A stretch of 63,740 nt of DNA, filler included, from Octopus bimaculoides (GCF_001194135.2; 6 parts of 5 records of this genome joined end to end with filler, not necessarily neighbours in it), one strand, 5' to 3'; shown: positions 36,884 through 49,555, counted from the whole stretch's first letter. A program made the numbers and translations. The notes: generated from the letters alone by a model not told the origin.

Positions 36884-37397
36884 GTATGTGGTGAAGCAAA
36901 TGTTTGCTGATCCCTTAATTATGTTTATAAATGTATAAGAACTTTTAAATAAGTTCTCCACCGATAATGGTGTTTACATACCGAAGGGCTTGGTAAAATT
37001 ATTAATTGTTAATTTATTAATAAATTAATAAATTGATAAACCTTTACCCTTTTAATTGTAATAATTATATATATATANNNNNNNNNNNNNNNNNNNNNNN
37101 NNNNNNNNNNNNNNNNNNNNNNNNNNNNNNNNNNNNNNNNNNNNNNNNNNNNNNNNNNNNNNNNNATATATAGGGTAAAGACTCCCTTCGGTCATGAATA
37201 ACTATCTCATAACAATAAGTGTTCTATCTATGACCATCCATTCTAATTTTGAGGTATAATGTAGTGTTTAAGATTTAATTTTCCTATACATTGTTTTCTT
37301 TGTTAATTCACAAGGAGAGATTAGTTCGATGGAGATTTAGCTGTTAATTCTAGCTGGCCAAATAACTGCCCGAATCGACAATTTTTTTTTTTTTTAG

Positions 37398-37477
37398 TTC
37401 AATGTTTTCTCGAATGAGGAGAGACAAGAGATCACAGGATTCTATATAAAACAAAATCTGGGATTTTATGATATCAG
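37398..37477 (+). CDS. Candidate internal exon, FNVFSNEERQEITGFYIKQNLGFYDI(R/S)
   Basis: T-tract + AG| ... atcag|GTAGTT; open in frame 0; phase does not join directly to 36831-36883. Confidence 0.25.
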
Positions 37478-37607
37478 GTAGTTTAATAAAATCTAATAAT
37501 AAAAGGGATATACATTTTCACACACACACACACACACACCACACAACTATATATATGTATGTATATATGTAAGTATACATATATCTATATATACACATAT
37601 GTATATG

Positions 37608-37648
<41 letters not shown>

Positions 37649-38135
37649 AAATTATATCTGGAAGCTAAGCTACTGGAATGTTTTATATATTTTCAGAATT
37701 CAATTAATGGTTTGTAATTACATTCCTCTAATTAACCTAAATCCTTTTGATGTTTTTTTTTTTTTTTTTTTTTTTTTTTTGGTGAAGCCCAGCTTTTCAA
37801 GATTAGTGCTCAAGTAGTTAATTACATATCTATTTCCCCAACAATTACACAGGTCTAAATATGAATTTGTAGTCAGGTACAAAGTTACCTGTAGATTTCA
37901 CTTTAACTTGGTAAAGATTTTTTTTGTGTGTGTGGTGGTGGGGAGGGTTATCTTTAACATTAAATGAAGGCATGCCTGAGTGGTTAAGAAGCTTGTTTTA
38001 CATCTATATGCTTTTAGGTTCAGTTCCATTATGCAGCACCTTGGGCAAGTGTCTTCTGGGAACTATTAGGAAGCTTGTCATATATATATATATATATATC
38101 ATCATCATCATCATCATCATCATCATTTTTCCAAT

Positions 38136-38548
38136 AGGCACAGGAGTGGCTGTGTGGTAAGTAGCTTGCTTACCAATCACATAGTTCTGGGTTCAGTCCC
38201 ACTGCGTGGCACCTTGAGCAAGTGTCTTCTACTATAGCCTCGGGCCGACCAAAGCCTTGTGAGTGGATTTGGTAGACGGAAACTGAAAGAAGCCTGTCAT
38301 ATATATATGTATATATATATGTATATATATATGTGTATGTGTGTTTGTGTGTCTGTGTTTGTCTCCTCAACATCGCTTGACAACCTATGCCGGTGTGTTT
38401 ACATCCCCCTCACTTAGTGGTTCAGCAAAACAGTCTGACAGAATAAGTACTAGGCTTACAAAGAATAAGTCCTGGAGTCGATTTGCTCGACTAAAGGTGG
38501 TGCTCCAGCATGGCCACAGTCAAAATGACTGAAACAAGTAAAGAGAGT
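38136..38548 (+). mobile_element. SINE family A, full-length reference copy (~410 bp)
   Basis: tRNA-like head (TGGCTGTGTGGTAAG...GGGTTCAGTCCC), CORE-like accttgagcaagtgtctt, internal (TA)/(TG) tract, tail ...cagcatggccacagtcaaaatgactgaaacaagtaaaaga; a further head fragment at 37963-38055. Confidence 0.92.
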
Positions 38549-39264
38549 ATAACATTCAACCTTTTTTCCAATAACATTCTCTTTTATATCCTCTTTTACA
38601 ATCCCCTTCTCTCCATTTTATGATAATCACAACTTTCAAATATTATTTCTTAATCATTTCATTCTACCCACCCACCCCGTCTCTTCCTTTTTACTTATTC
38701 TCTCATGCTCAACTGTTTTTTGTAACTTTTCCTCCACCTACACCAGTTCCAATTTTTTTTTTGTCTCATTCACTACACCACTTACTCCCCAGTTTCTTCC
38801 CATTTTTTGCTGCTTCCACACCTCCTTTTCACCTTTACCACATTCACATTCCACTCCACTCACCCGCAGCCAAGCACATGTACCCCCACATGACTCACCA
38901 CCCCCATGATCAAATCCTTATATTGATACTTACCTTTATATGCACACAACTTTCCATCATTTCATGTTTTTTTAAATCCTCCCCATAGAACTCCATTTCC
39001 ACAAGACCCCAAACCTTTTCCCCCTTTTCACCACAGTTTTCTTTCTTCTTTTTTTTTTTGATGAAGGACTCCATGTCCAAAACGTCAAAGACCCTTTTCC
39101 TTTTCCTTTTTTCTTTTCAAGAATGAAATCTATGACATCTTTGTAAAAACTTGTCCTCATGTTGTGGTTTTATTTTTATTCATTCATCTTGTATGCTGGT
39201 GCCCATGCATGACAACAACCTCAGGGTTGAAACATATAAAAAAATAGAAGAATACATGTGTGTG

Positions 39265-39493
39265 TGTGTGTGTGTGTGGCTTTGTGTTTGTACACCGCCA
39301 TAACTTGACAACTGGTGTTGGGTTATTTGCAGGTCTATAACTTAGCAGTTCAGCAAAAGATACTGATATCAAATAAGTTCCAGACAGTAAAAAAACAAAA
39401 TAGGTCCTGGGATTAAATTTGTTCAACTAAAACCCTTCAAGGTGGTGCCCCAGCATGGCCATAGTGCAATGACTGAAACAAATAAACGATAAA
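39265..39493 (+). mobile_element. SINE family A, 3' half (seed of the 93-bp array)
   Basis: Aligns to 38345-38548 with CpG-to-TpG/CpA changes. Confidence 0.8.
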
Positions 39494-39505
39494 AGATATG
39501 CTGAG

Positions 39506-40353
39506 TTATTTACATTATTTACATTTAAGTATGGATTCAGGACATCCGTATACCGCAAGCCGACCTTCATTGGATGATACCTCAACTTCAATTCCCACCA
39601 TCCATACAGTGTAAAGAGAGGAATTGCTCAGTGCCTAAAACATCGTACAAAGAATATAAGTAGTGATTGTGATACCCACCACGAAGAAATGATCAAGCTC
39701 AGTAACAATCTATTAAGCAACAACTACCCCCAAAACATACTATCTACTCCAATTATGAAGAAGAGGATGAAACCGATAAACTGTCCACAGTCTGTCTACC
39801 CTATGTGGAAGGTCTCTCTGAAGAGATACAAAAGATATGTGGCCCTTATGACATCAGGAGAGTATTCAAGAGTAATACAACACTTCGCAAATATCTCCTT
39901 TGAGTAAAACCACCAATAGAAGAGAATATGACCAAAGACTGTGTGTACTCCACCCCATGCAGCTGTGGTAGGTTATACAAAGGCGAAACATGCCAACCCT
40001 CAAAATAAGGGTAGAGGAACATCGCAAAGCTGTGACACGAGGGGATATTGATAAATCGGGTATAGCTGATCCCCCGTGGGATGAAGTTAAAATAATAGAG
40101 AGAGAACACCACTGGAAAATATGAAGACTAAAAGAAGCAGCACATATGCTAGGACACAACAACCTCCTAAGCAGACTGAGTGTAGATATGAACAGCATAT
40201 GGGAACTGGTATTAAGGAAGGATAGAAAAATATTAGATTTTTTTAGCCCTAAAATTCACTCCATAATTGTCCATGGGCTTATGGCATAGTGCTTAAGAGC
40301 ACAGGCTATCAACCCCAAGATTTCAAGTTTGCTTCCAATTAGTGACCTGAACA

Positions 40354-40413
<60 letters not shown>

Positions 40414-40604
40414 TTAATAACATAGAAAAATACCTTAGGATTGAGAATCCAGGTTTGAAATTTCCCCAAGACACCTGAAGAAGGCTGGAGGGTATATCAG
40501 CCGAAACATTGTGTTAACAACAAACAAGATGAGGACAAATATCCGTCAAATGTAAATAATGTAAATAATGTACATAATTCCTCATCTTTTAAATATAGAA
40601 CTGT
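39506..40604 (+). mobile_element. 5'-truncated Penelope-like retroelement (RT C-terminus + GIY-YIG endonuclease + pLTR) with 12-bp TSD
   Basis: TSVYRKPTF..YLNFNSHHP, CLPYVEGLSE, CVYSTPCSCGRLYKGET, KIRVEEHRKA, LKEAAHM; pLTR 40430-40604; AGATATGCTGAG at 39494-39505 and 40605-40616; short inverted pLTR piece at the 5' end. Confidence 0.9.
40470..40515 (+). ncRNA. Minimal type-I hammerhead-ribozyme-like motif in the PLE pLTR (this copy has a CpG mutation at the cleavage triplet)
   Basis: GACAC-CTGAAGA-A-GGCTG-10nt-CAGCC-GAAA-C(A)TT-GTGTT; the 13-kb copy retains GAAACGTT. Confidence 0.55.
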
Positions 40605-40613
40605 AGATATGCT

Positions 40614-41680
40614 GAGATTGATTTGTTCAACTAAAACCCTTCAAGGTGGTGCCCCAGCATGGCCACAGTCGAATGAGTGAAACAAGTAAAAGATAAAAGA
40701 TATACTGGGATTGATTTGTTCAACTAAAACCCTTCAAGGTAGTGCCCCAGCATGGCCACAGTCCAATGATTGAAACAAGTAAAAGATAAAAGATATACTG
40801 GGATTGATTTGTTCAACTAAAACCCTTCAAGGTGGTGCCCCAGCATGGCCACAGTGCAATGACTGAAACAAGTAAAAGATAAAAGATATACTGGGATTGA
40901 TTTGTTCAACTAAAACCTTTTAAGATGGTGCCCCAGCATGGCCACAGCCTAAAAGCTGAAGCAAATAAAAGATGANNNNNNNNNNNNNNNNNNNNNNNNN
41001 NNNNNNNNNNNNNNNNNNNNNNNNNNNNNNNNNNNNNNNNNNNNNNNNNNNNNNNNNNNNNNNNNNNNNNNNNNNNNNNNNNNNNNNNNNNNNNNNNNNN
41101 NNNNNNNNNNNNNNNNNNNNNNNNNNNNNNNNNNNNNNNNNNNNNNNNNNNNNNNNNNNNNNNNNNNNNNNNNNNNNNNNNNNNNNNNNNNNNNNNNNNN
41201 NNNNNNNNNNNNNNNNNNNNNNNNNNNNNNNNNNNNNNNNNNNNNNNNNNNNNNNNNNNNNNNNNNNNNNNNNNNNNNNNNNNNNNNNNNNNNNNNNNNN
41301 NNNNNNNNNNNNNNNNNNNNNNNNNNNNNNNNNNNNNNNNNNNNNNNNNNNNNNNNNNNNNNNNNNNNNNNNNNNNNNNNNNNNNNNNNNNNNNNNNNNN
41401 NNNNNNNNNNNNNNNNNNNNNNNNNNNNNNNNNNNNNNNNNGGCCACAGTGCAATGACTGAAACAAGTAAAAGATAAAAGATATACTGGGATTGATTTGT
41501 TCAACTAAAACCCTTCAAGGTGGTGCCCCAGCATGGCCACAGTGCAATGACTGAAACAAGTAAAAGATAAAAGATATACTGGGATTGATTTGTTCAACTA
41601 AAACCTTTTAAGATGGTGCCCCAGCATGGCCACAGCCTAAAAGCTGAAGCAAATAAAAGATGAAAAATAAAAGATATTCG
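40614..41680 (+). repeat. 93-bp tandem array derived from the SINE A tail (spans a gap)
   Basis: Unit starts at 40614, 40707, 40800, 40893; resumes after the gap at 41441-41663. Confidence 0.9.
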
Positions 41681-41945
41681 AAGAGTTTAAATTTCACTTT
41701 TCTTTTGCTGTGATTACTGCTGATTAATTAATTGCATGTTAATGTCAACTAAGAAGTTGATGAGACAAGTTTTGTGCAAACTTCTGGAATATTTTCAATA
41801 TTTTGACAGACATGCTGTGATGCTTGACATATAGTTTACAAATATGTTCTGTTAGCTAACATTTATGCACACTCACACACACACACATACACACACACTC
41901 ACACACACACACTCACACACACACACACACTCAAACACTCACACA

Positions 41946-41984
<39 letters not shown>

Positions 41985-42235
41985 AAACACTCACACACTC
42001 ACACACACANNNNNNNNNNNNNNNNNNNNNNNNNNNNNNNNNNNNNNNNNNNNNNNNNNNNNNNNNNNNNNNNNNNNNNNNNNNNNNNNNNNNNNNNNNN
42101 NNNNNNNNNNNNNNNNNNNNNNNNNNNNNNNNNNNNNNNNNNNNNNNNNNNNNNNNNNNNNNNNNNNNNNNNNNNNNNNNNNNNNNNNNNNNNNNNNNNN
42201 NNNNNNNNNNNNNCACTCAAACACTCACACACTCA

Positions 42236-42273
<38 letters not shown>

Positions 42274-42299
42274 ATATATCTGTGCATGAGTGTGTGTGT

Positions 42300-42410
42300 C
42301 TTCAGTTTTTAATTATTTGAAGTTTTCCTGTAAAGAAGAAGCTGGTTTCTAACAAAGATACAAAGCTCCATTATTGGAATGTGAATAATAAAAACAATGT
42401 CACATTTTAA
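42300..42410 (-). mobile_element. REL LINE 3' UTR fragment
   Basis: Reverse complement atggagctttgtatctttgttagaaaccagc matches 19964-20030. Confidence 0.6.
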
Positions 42411-42452
42411 ACTTGAGAAAAATCTCACATATTTTTACTGTTCCTCTTACAG

Positions 42453-42472
42453 ATTGTATTTGTAATGTGCAA
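42453..42472 (+). CDS. Candidate 20-nt micro-exon (IVFVMC- or xCICNVQ)
   Basis: catatttttactgttcctcttacAG|attgtatttgtaatgtgcaa|GTTAGT. Confidence 0.2.
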
Positions 42473-42574
42473 GTTAGTTGGTTGATTTCTTGTTCTGAAA
42501 ATCAAGCCTTAACCACACTGTTAGTTAGGCAATTACTTACAAAATCAAGTGTGACAATTATTCTTTTCTACCCA

Positions 42575-42992
42575 AGGCACAAGGCCTGAAATTTTGGGGG
42601 AGGGGGGGCAGTCGATTAAATCGACCCCAGTACGCAACTGGTACTTAATTTATCGATCCCAAAAGGATGAAAGGGAAAGTCGAACTCGGCAGAATTTGAA
42701 CTAAGAGCATAAAGACAGACAAAATACTGCCAAGCATTTTGCCCGGCATACTAATGTTTTTCATTTCTTTATTGCCCACAAGGGGCTAAACATAGAGGGA
42801 CAAAGAAGGATAGACAAAGGAATTAAGTCAATTACATCGATCTCAGTGCATAACTGGTACTTAATTTATCGACCCCGAAAGGATGAGAGGCAAAATCGAC
42901 CTCGGTGGAATTTGAACTCAGAACGTAGTGGAAGACAAAATACTGCTAAGCACTTTGCCCAGCATGCTCACGTTTTTGCCAGCTGACCACCT
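42575..42992 (-). mobile_element. Two tandem SINE family B copies (42575-42755, 42760-42992)
   Basis: Both carry gaatttgaact (reverse complement of the B-box) and cgacccc..aaggatga motifs. Confidence 0.85.
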
Positions 42993-43029
42993 CCAAGTGC
43001 ACCAATTATTATTGGTATAAATGTAAATT

Positions 43030-43265
43030 TGCAATCCGGTTATAGAAGCTGTAGGTTTCAAAGCAGTTGTGTCCATAGTTATCTTCTTTCTCTTTCATTT
43101 TCAAAGATATATTCACATCAGCAGGACAACTGACTTCTATGATGACACATCCTTTTTCTTGTCTGTTCCAAACAACAATATTCAGCTTGTTATGCTTACA
43201 CTTGACAGACGTCTTGATGGGAGTATTCCTTGTTCTGATATTTGTGTATGTATTCAATAACAGGG
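43030..43265 (-). mobile_element. REL LINE endonuclease-domain fragment
   Basis: IKTSVKCKHNKLNIVVWNRQEKGCVIIEVSCPADVNISLKMKEKEDNYG (PD..IIEVxCP REL-type motif). Confidence 0.75.
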
Positions 43266-43320
43266 GTGATTCTCTATATTTATTCCAAGACAGTCTTTTT
43301 CCCAAATGGCAATGTTGTAT

Positions 43321-43354
<34 letters not shown>

Positions 43355-43959
43355 TGACGTCATGTCACAAAGGCCAACCAACTCATACCAACACTGTCAA
43401 GCCCAAGCCAGCATGGAAAGCAGATGTTAAACAATGATGACAATGGATATATATATCTATATATATACATCATCATCATCGTTTAACGTCCGCTTTCCAT
43501 GCTNNNNNNNNNNNNNNNNNNNNNNNNNNNNNNNNNNNNNNNNNNNNNNNNNNNNNNNNNNNNNNNNNNNNNNNNNNNNNNNNNNNNNNNNNNNNNNNNN
43601 NNNAGAGCCAGAGGCAGTTTCAGCTGGGTTAGTATCTAAAGGGTTAAGAATTGAGTCTCTATTATATATTCTAAAGAGTTAATAATTAATTACTGTGGTT
43701 GAATCGTTTGACTAAAACAATTTCATGGAAGTGCCCAGCATGGCCACAGTTTAATGAATGAAACAAGTGAAAGATAAGGGGTTAAAAATAATCAATGTAG
43801 GACCATAAACAGGATAGATTGTTAGAGTACCAAAAAAGATATGTTGCGGTATTTGTTCCAACTCTTTGCATTCTGAGTTCAAATCATGTAACCTGTTTGG
43901 ATGTTTGACTGAATTCCTCAGTTTAGGGCCCAGTTTAGCATCAATTACTTGCCACTGAA

Positions 43960-44184
43960 TACCCTTAATTCAGATTATTTCATCAAATGCAATGCTTATT
44001 TAATCACACTGCTTTTAATTAATCATGCATTTTCCCTTTTAACTTTGAGATTCTGATGATGTGGTTGCGTATTTTTAGAACAACATTGTAGGATTGGTAT
44101 GAGAGGCTGGATCTGCCTAGTTTGAACATAAAACAGGTAGAATATTTGAGCCAGATATGGCTGGTTTAGATACTAAAAGCTTAA
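43960..44184 (+). mobile_element. piggyBac-like MITE, decayed
   Basis: Matches 820-1004; TTAA at the right end; a further end piece (aaagggttaa) at ~43646. Confidence 0.5.
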
Positions 44185-44524
44185 TGGAATCTGCTTTGTT
44201 GTTAAGCATTTGAGCCAAGTGTACAGTTTTGAGAATATCTTCCTCTCTCCTTCTTTCTTGTGAAAGTACATGGCATAATGGTTAAGGTATTACATTCTGA
44301 ATTGCAAGTCACAGTTTCAATTTCCAAACTAGGCTGTGTGTTTTGTCCTTGAGAAAGACACTTCACTTCAAGTGGCTTCAATCCACTGAGCTGAGAATGA
44401 GTGACCCCACAACAGACTGACATCCTGTTCAGAAGGAACATTGTGATCTTGGTCACTTGTACCCAATGAAAACCAAGGAAATGATCCTATCAGTCTCAGG
44501 ACTCGAGGCAGTAATGTCCAGGAG

Positions 44525-45047
44525 ACTAAAAGACTCTATTCAGTCATGAATGACCATAGGATTGCACCTAGAAAGTTCCCCTCTGGGACATGAGTCCAGG
44601 CAAGGTTGTTTGTAAAAGACCAGCAGTTGCCCATGCATACCAGCAACCCCTGTCCATGCCATTGATGTTATCCAAGGGAAAGGCAAAAGGGCCAATACAG
44701 CTTGGCACCAGTGATGTCACAACTCATTTCTACAGCTGAGTTAACATGAAATAAGGAGTCTTGCTCAAGAACACAACACACAGCCCAATCTGCGAATCGA
44801 ACTCTCTACCTCATGGTTGTAAACCCAACGCTCTAACCTTGAAACCATGTGCCTTCCCCCCTCCACACACACACACACACATAAAGGGGAAAGAGGAAAG
44901 ACCCTCTTCAGTCATGAATGACCATAGGATTGCACCTAGAAAGTTCCCCTCTGGGACATGAGTCCAGGCAAGGTTGTTTGTAAAAGACCAGCAGTTGCCC
45001 ATGCATACCAGCAACCCCTGTCCATGCCATTGATGTTATCCAAGGGA
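44525..45047 (-). mobile_element. SINE (CORE-like + T3) plus an identical partial duplicate before the gap
   Basis: 44525-44845 matches 34585-34928; ~44540-44680 is repeated at ~44908-45047. Confidence 0.75.
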
Positions 45048-46189
45048 ANNNNNNNNNNNNNNNNNNNNNNNNNNNNNNNNNNNNNNNNNNNNNNNNNNNN
45101 NNNNNNNNNNNNNNNNNNNNNNNNNNNNNNNNNNNNNNNNNNNNNNNNNNNNNNNNNNNNNNNNNNNNNNNNNNNNNNNNNNNNNNNNNNNNNNNNNNNN
45201 NNNNNNNNNNNNNNNNNNNNNNNNNNNNNNNNNNNNNNNNNNNNNNNNNNNNNNNNNNNNNNNNNNNNNNNNNNNNNNNNNNNNNNNNNNNNNNNNNNNN
45301 NNNNNNNNNNNNNNNNNNNNNNNNNNNNNNNNNNNNNNNNNNNNNNNNNNNNNNNNNNNNNNNNNNNNNNNNNNNNNNNNNNNNNNNNNNNNNNNNNNNN
45401 NNNNNNNNNNNNNNNNNNNNNNNNNNNNNNNNNNNNNNNNNNNNNNNNNNNNNNNNNNNNNNNNNNTATATATATATGGAATAGTGTTATTTTATTCCAT
45501 ACAGTTAGGGATATAGAAAAAAGACATTGAAAATGCACTGAGATTCATTTAGATTTTAATTTTTTTTAGATAAACTCCATTCACGAACAACTATTCACAC
45601 ACAAACTCATTCTACTGCTTGACATGTTGAATTTATACAACTAACAACTTCAACTTTGGACACAATCACAACTGTTAATTGGCAGATTCTACATATACAT
45701 AAGTGTTGAATGTTTAGGAAACAGACATTTAACAGCTAAATTTAATGCCTGCTTACATAAACAGAAACTATAACTATTCAAAGACTAGACTACATAGAAA
45801 CAACTGTCCACTCTACCACTCAACAGATTAAACTTAGAGAATTTTATTTTGGGACTGTCACTAGACACTTTCATTCAACAGTACCAGCCTTGATTTTCCA
45901 AAAATACTGTCACATATTAACACATAGTGGGAAACCTACAAAAATTTCTAAGATTACTACTAAATCATGAAATCTTTTAACAGATAAAATTCAGATGGCC
46001 CTGACTGCTACGGATTGTCACTAGATATGTTCACTCAACTGTGACAGCTTTAACTAACAACTCTAGACATATTGTTACATGACATTAAAGGATGAACATA
46101 GCAAAGAACTTACAAAAATTTCTAAAAACTAATCACATGATCACCCTTGACCAATCAAAGCATGCCCAAAACAGATATTACTTTGATCC

Positions 46190-46470
46190 ATGTTCTCGAT
46201 AAAACAAGACAATTTTTGAATTCCAATCAGAAGCAAGGCAGTTGCACCATAGCTCAATATCTTCCTAGATATCTTTCATCATAGCTCCATAACTTTTGAA
46301 GTGGAAAGTAGCTGAAAAATCCACACCATATGTTAACAGAGCTAAAAAATGTAAGCTATGCATAGCAGAAAGAACTCAAATCCTTTTCAGGTCCAAGAAC
46401 TCCCACTGCTGAATTCTAGATCTGAAATTTTTAGCAGTTGTAAGCATATGACTAAGTTTCTGTGGATGAA
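46190..46470 (+). mobile_element. Penelope-like element C-terminal fragment
   Basis: KWKVAEKSTPYVNRAKKCKLCIAER...LLNSRSEIFSSCKHMTKFL matches the PLE C-terminal CxLC...LLNxRxE...CxH pattern. Confidence 0.6.
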
Positions 46471-48019
46471 ATTGGAAAGTGCCTCCCTCTCCTGATTGAA
46501 TAATTGTACCATAGACTCTTAGCCACTATCTTTCCAACCTTATATTTTATGGTCAAAGGGGAAATACCTCTAATTTCCCCATTTTGCTTCTTTCTGATTT
46601 CTTCATTTTCCGGCTTTTCAATCTCCCACCTTTTATATCTACTTCTTCCTTGCCTTTTCTCGTTTCTTTTCTCTCATCCTATCATCCCATTTTTAGTTCA
46701 TTATGCCACATGGGCAGTGTCTGATCATTGTGCTAGGACACCAGATGTGTTAAAAACATTATTTGGCATGCTCTCAGCACTTGAAACTAATAGTAGCACA
46801 TAAATACATATAGTGTGCTTATTAAATTATATATATCTATATTACTATATATATATATATATATATATNNNNNNNNNNNNNNNNNNNNNNNNNNNNNNNN
46901 NNNNNNNNNNNNNNNNNNNNNNNNNNNNNNNNNNNNNNNNNNNNNNNNNNNNNNNNNNNNNNNNNNNNNNNNNNNNNNNNNNNNNNNNNNNNNNNNNNNN
47001 NNNNNNNNNNNNNNNNNNNNNNNNNNNNNNNNNNNNNNNNNNNNNNNNNNNNNNNNNNNNNNNNNNNNNNNNNNNNNNNNNNNNNNNNNNNNNNNNNNNN
47101 NNNNNNNNNNNNNNNNNNNNNNNNNNNNNNNNNNNNNNNNNNNNNNNNNNNNNNNNNNNNNNNNNNNNNNNNNNNNNNNNNNNNNNNNNNNNNNNNNNNN
47201 NNNNNNNNNNNNNNNNNNNNNNNNNNNNNNNNNNNNNNNNNNNNNNNNNNNNNNNNNNNNNNNNNNNNNNNNNNNNNNNNNNNNNNNNNNNNNNNNNNNN
47301 NNNNNNNNNNNNNNNNNNNNNNNNNNNNNNNNNNNNNNNNNNNNNNNNNNNNNNNNNNNNNTATATATATACATATATATATTACTATCACTTCCCTGTC
47401 TATCTCTCTCCCTCTCTTGTTCTTCATCCTTTTTGTTTTTCTCCCCCACCCTTTCCTTATTCTTCTTTCCCTTTCACTGTTCCCTCTCTCTTTCTCACTC
47501 TTCCTCCTTGACCCTCTCGTCACAGACACGTGACGAAAGGGTATCTCTCTTTCTGCCCACTCTCTTCCTATAGGAAAGACGTGCTTTTTCTGTCTCTTCT
47601 CTTATGCACATCTATCTAGCGTTCAAAATGATAATTTTTCTATCGTCTTGGCTTAACAATCCTCACTGTTTGTTTTTACTGTCTTATTCTCACTATCCTG
47701 TTCTCGTTGACACTTTCACTCTCCACAAAAAATTCCAAATTTTATTTAATTTGCTTTGCGGGAAGGAGTGTTCCAATGAAGTCGTGTATTGTCCTTGCCT
47801 TCGAAACACAGAGTAGATGGAACAGGGACAACTGACGAAGGGGTATACTCTTTATGTTGCATGTCTCGTTTCTCTTTTTGTGTTTTACGTTGTTCAAAAA
47901 AAGATCGTTTTCTGTTTTCATTTCTCATTGTGTTTAACGTTTTTTTGATGTCCTATACCCTTATATGCATACATATAGATATGTACATATATGTATGGAT
48001 AAATGCATATATTTATATC

Positions 48020-48067
<48 letters not shown>

Positions 48068-48879
48068 ACATATGGTATAATTATAAACAGGGAAAATTGT
48101 AGCTATTTCTCCGTAGACTGGAAAAAGTATGAACAACCTTAATCAAATTTTTGAACCTAACTATGTTCTCATCTACATCATTCTGACAGTTTCCAGAGAA
48201 ACAAACAGCAAAACTGTTTATATACTTAACAAATACAGGAGTTACTCTATGAAGGTGTCCCTAATTTGCATATTGAAAGTGTTTAACACTATAAATATCA
48301 GTGCCCTGTCAACAGGGATGTTAGTTCACACAGTATCACAGTATGATATAATATATACATAACATATGATATATATATATATATATATATATATAATGTG
48401 TGTATATGAATATATATATATATGTATGTGTGTATATATGTATGTGTGTATATATGTATGTGTGTGTGTGTGTGTTTGTGTGTGTTACTAGTTTTGTTTT
48501 CCTCCTCTCTAACTAAAGGACTCCCGATTGCTAAAGATATATAAACACTCCATCCAAATGTAAATTTTGTATTATTTGATTCTCTGTCTGAAGGATTCTA
48601 ATGGGAGATAACTTACATTTTCTCTTCATGTGCAATTTTGTAACTCCTCTTAGCAAACAAAACGTGTGTAACGGAGAATAAAATAATACCAAAAAATTTT
48701 CCAACTTCATTATTTTGTTTACCAGTATTTTTAACTTTTATGCATACCTCACTCAAATATAACATCTAAATATGGATTTGGAATGCTGAAATAAGGAGAT
48801 GTGCTTCAAGAGAACACAGCTCGCATTTTAATCCTATCTACAATGTGTGTGTGTGTGTATGTGTGTATGTGTGTATGTG

Positions 48880-49555
48880 TAAGCCAAGTGAAATCATAGT
48901 CGTAACTGATGTCAGTGTTGTGTAATTGGCACATGTGCTGGTGGTATATAAAAAGTATACTTTGAACTTTGGGCCTCACGGAGGCAGTGACAAGTGACTG
49001 AGACCTTTGGCAAAATATGCCATGCATGAGAAGACCCGTCAAGCCAAGTGAGATCATAGCCATGACTGATGCCAGTGTTTTGTAGGTGGCATCCATGCCG
49101 GTGGTACATAGAAAGCACCTACTACACTCTTGAAATGGTTGGCACTAGGAAGGCTATCCAGCTGTAGAAACAATGCCAAATCAGATTTGAACCTGGTACA
49201 GCTCCCCAACTTACCATCATCATCATTATCATCGTTTAACGTCCGCTTTACATGCTGGCATGGGTTGGACGGTTTGACTGGGGACTTGTGAGCCAGATGG
49301 CTGCACCAGGCTCCAATCTTATCTGACAGAGTTTCTACAGCTGGATGCCCTTCCTAACGCCAACCACTCCAAGAGTGTAGTGGGTGCTTTTTACATGCTA
49401 CTGGCACGAGGGCCAGTCAGGCAGTACTGGCAACAGCCACGACAAATGGTGTTTTTTACGTGCCACCTGCACAGGAACCAGTGATACATAATTTTCAGTT
49501 TAATCCTCCAGACCATGCTAGTATGAAAAACAGACATTAAATGATAATGATGATG
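48880..49555. mobile_element. Cluster of RTE 3' ends in both orientations
   Basis: Plus 48880-49215 includes the ORF end (cctcacggaggcagtgac...gagaagacccgtcaagccaagtgag); minus 49220-49490; plus tail 49500-49555. Confidence 0.75.

Noticed and set aside
38136-38215. tRNA-gene-like segments with A/B boxes (many sites)
   Set aside because: Each continues into a SINE body and lacks a complete cloverleaf; called SINE heads, not tRNA genes.
40800-41663. Higher-order repeat structure across the gap (40800-40975 identical to 41488-41663)
   Set aside because: Identical sequence on both sides of a gap is more likely an unmerged contig overlap.
40614-41680. CRISPR-like regular repeats (93-bp array; also the 62-bp array at 51368)
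   Set aside because: Units are contiguous with no unique spacers, derive from SINE/LINE sequence, and there are no cas genes in a eukaryotic context.
47795-47860. GAAA...CTGACGA arrangement as a permuted hammerhead
   Set aside because: Stems I and III cannot be formed convincingly.
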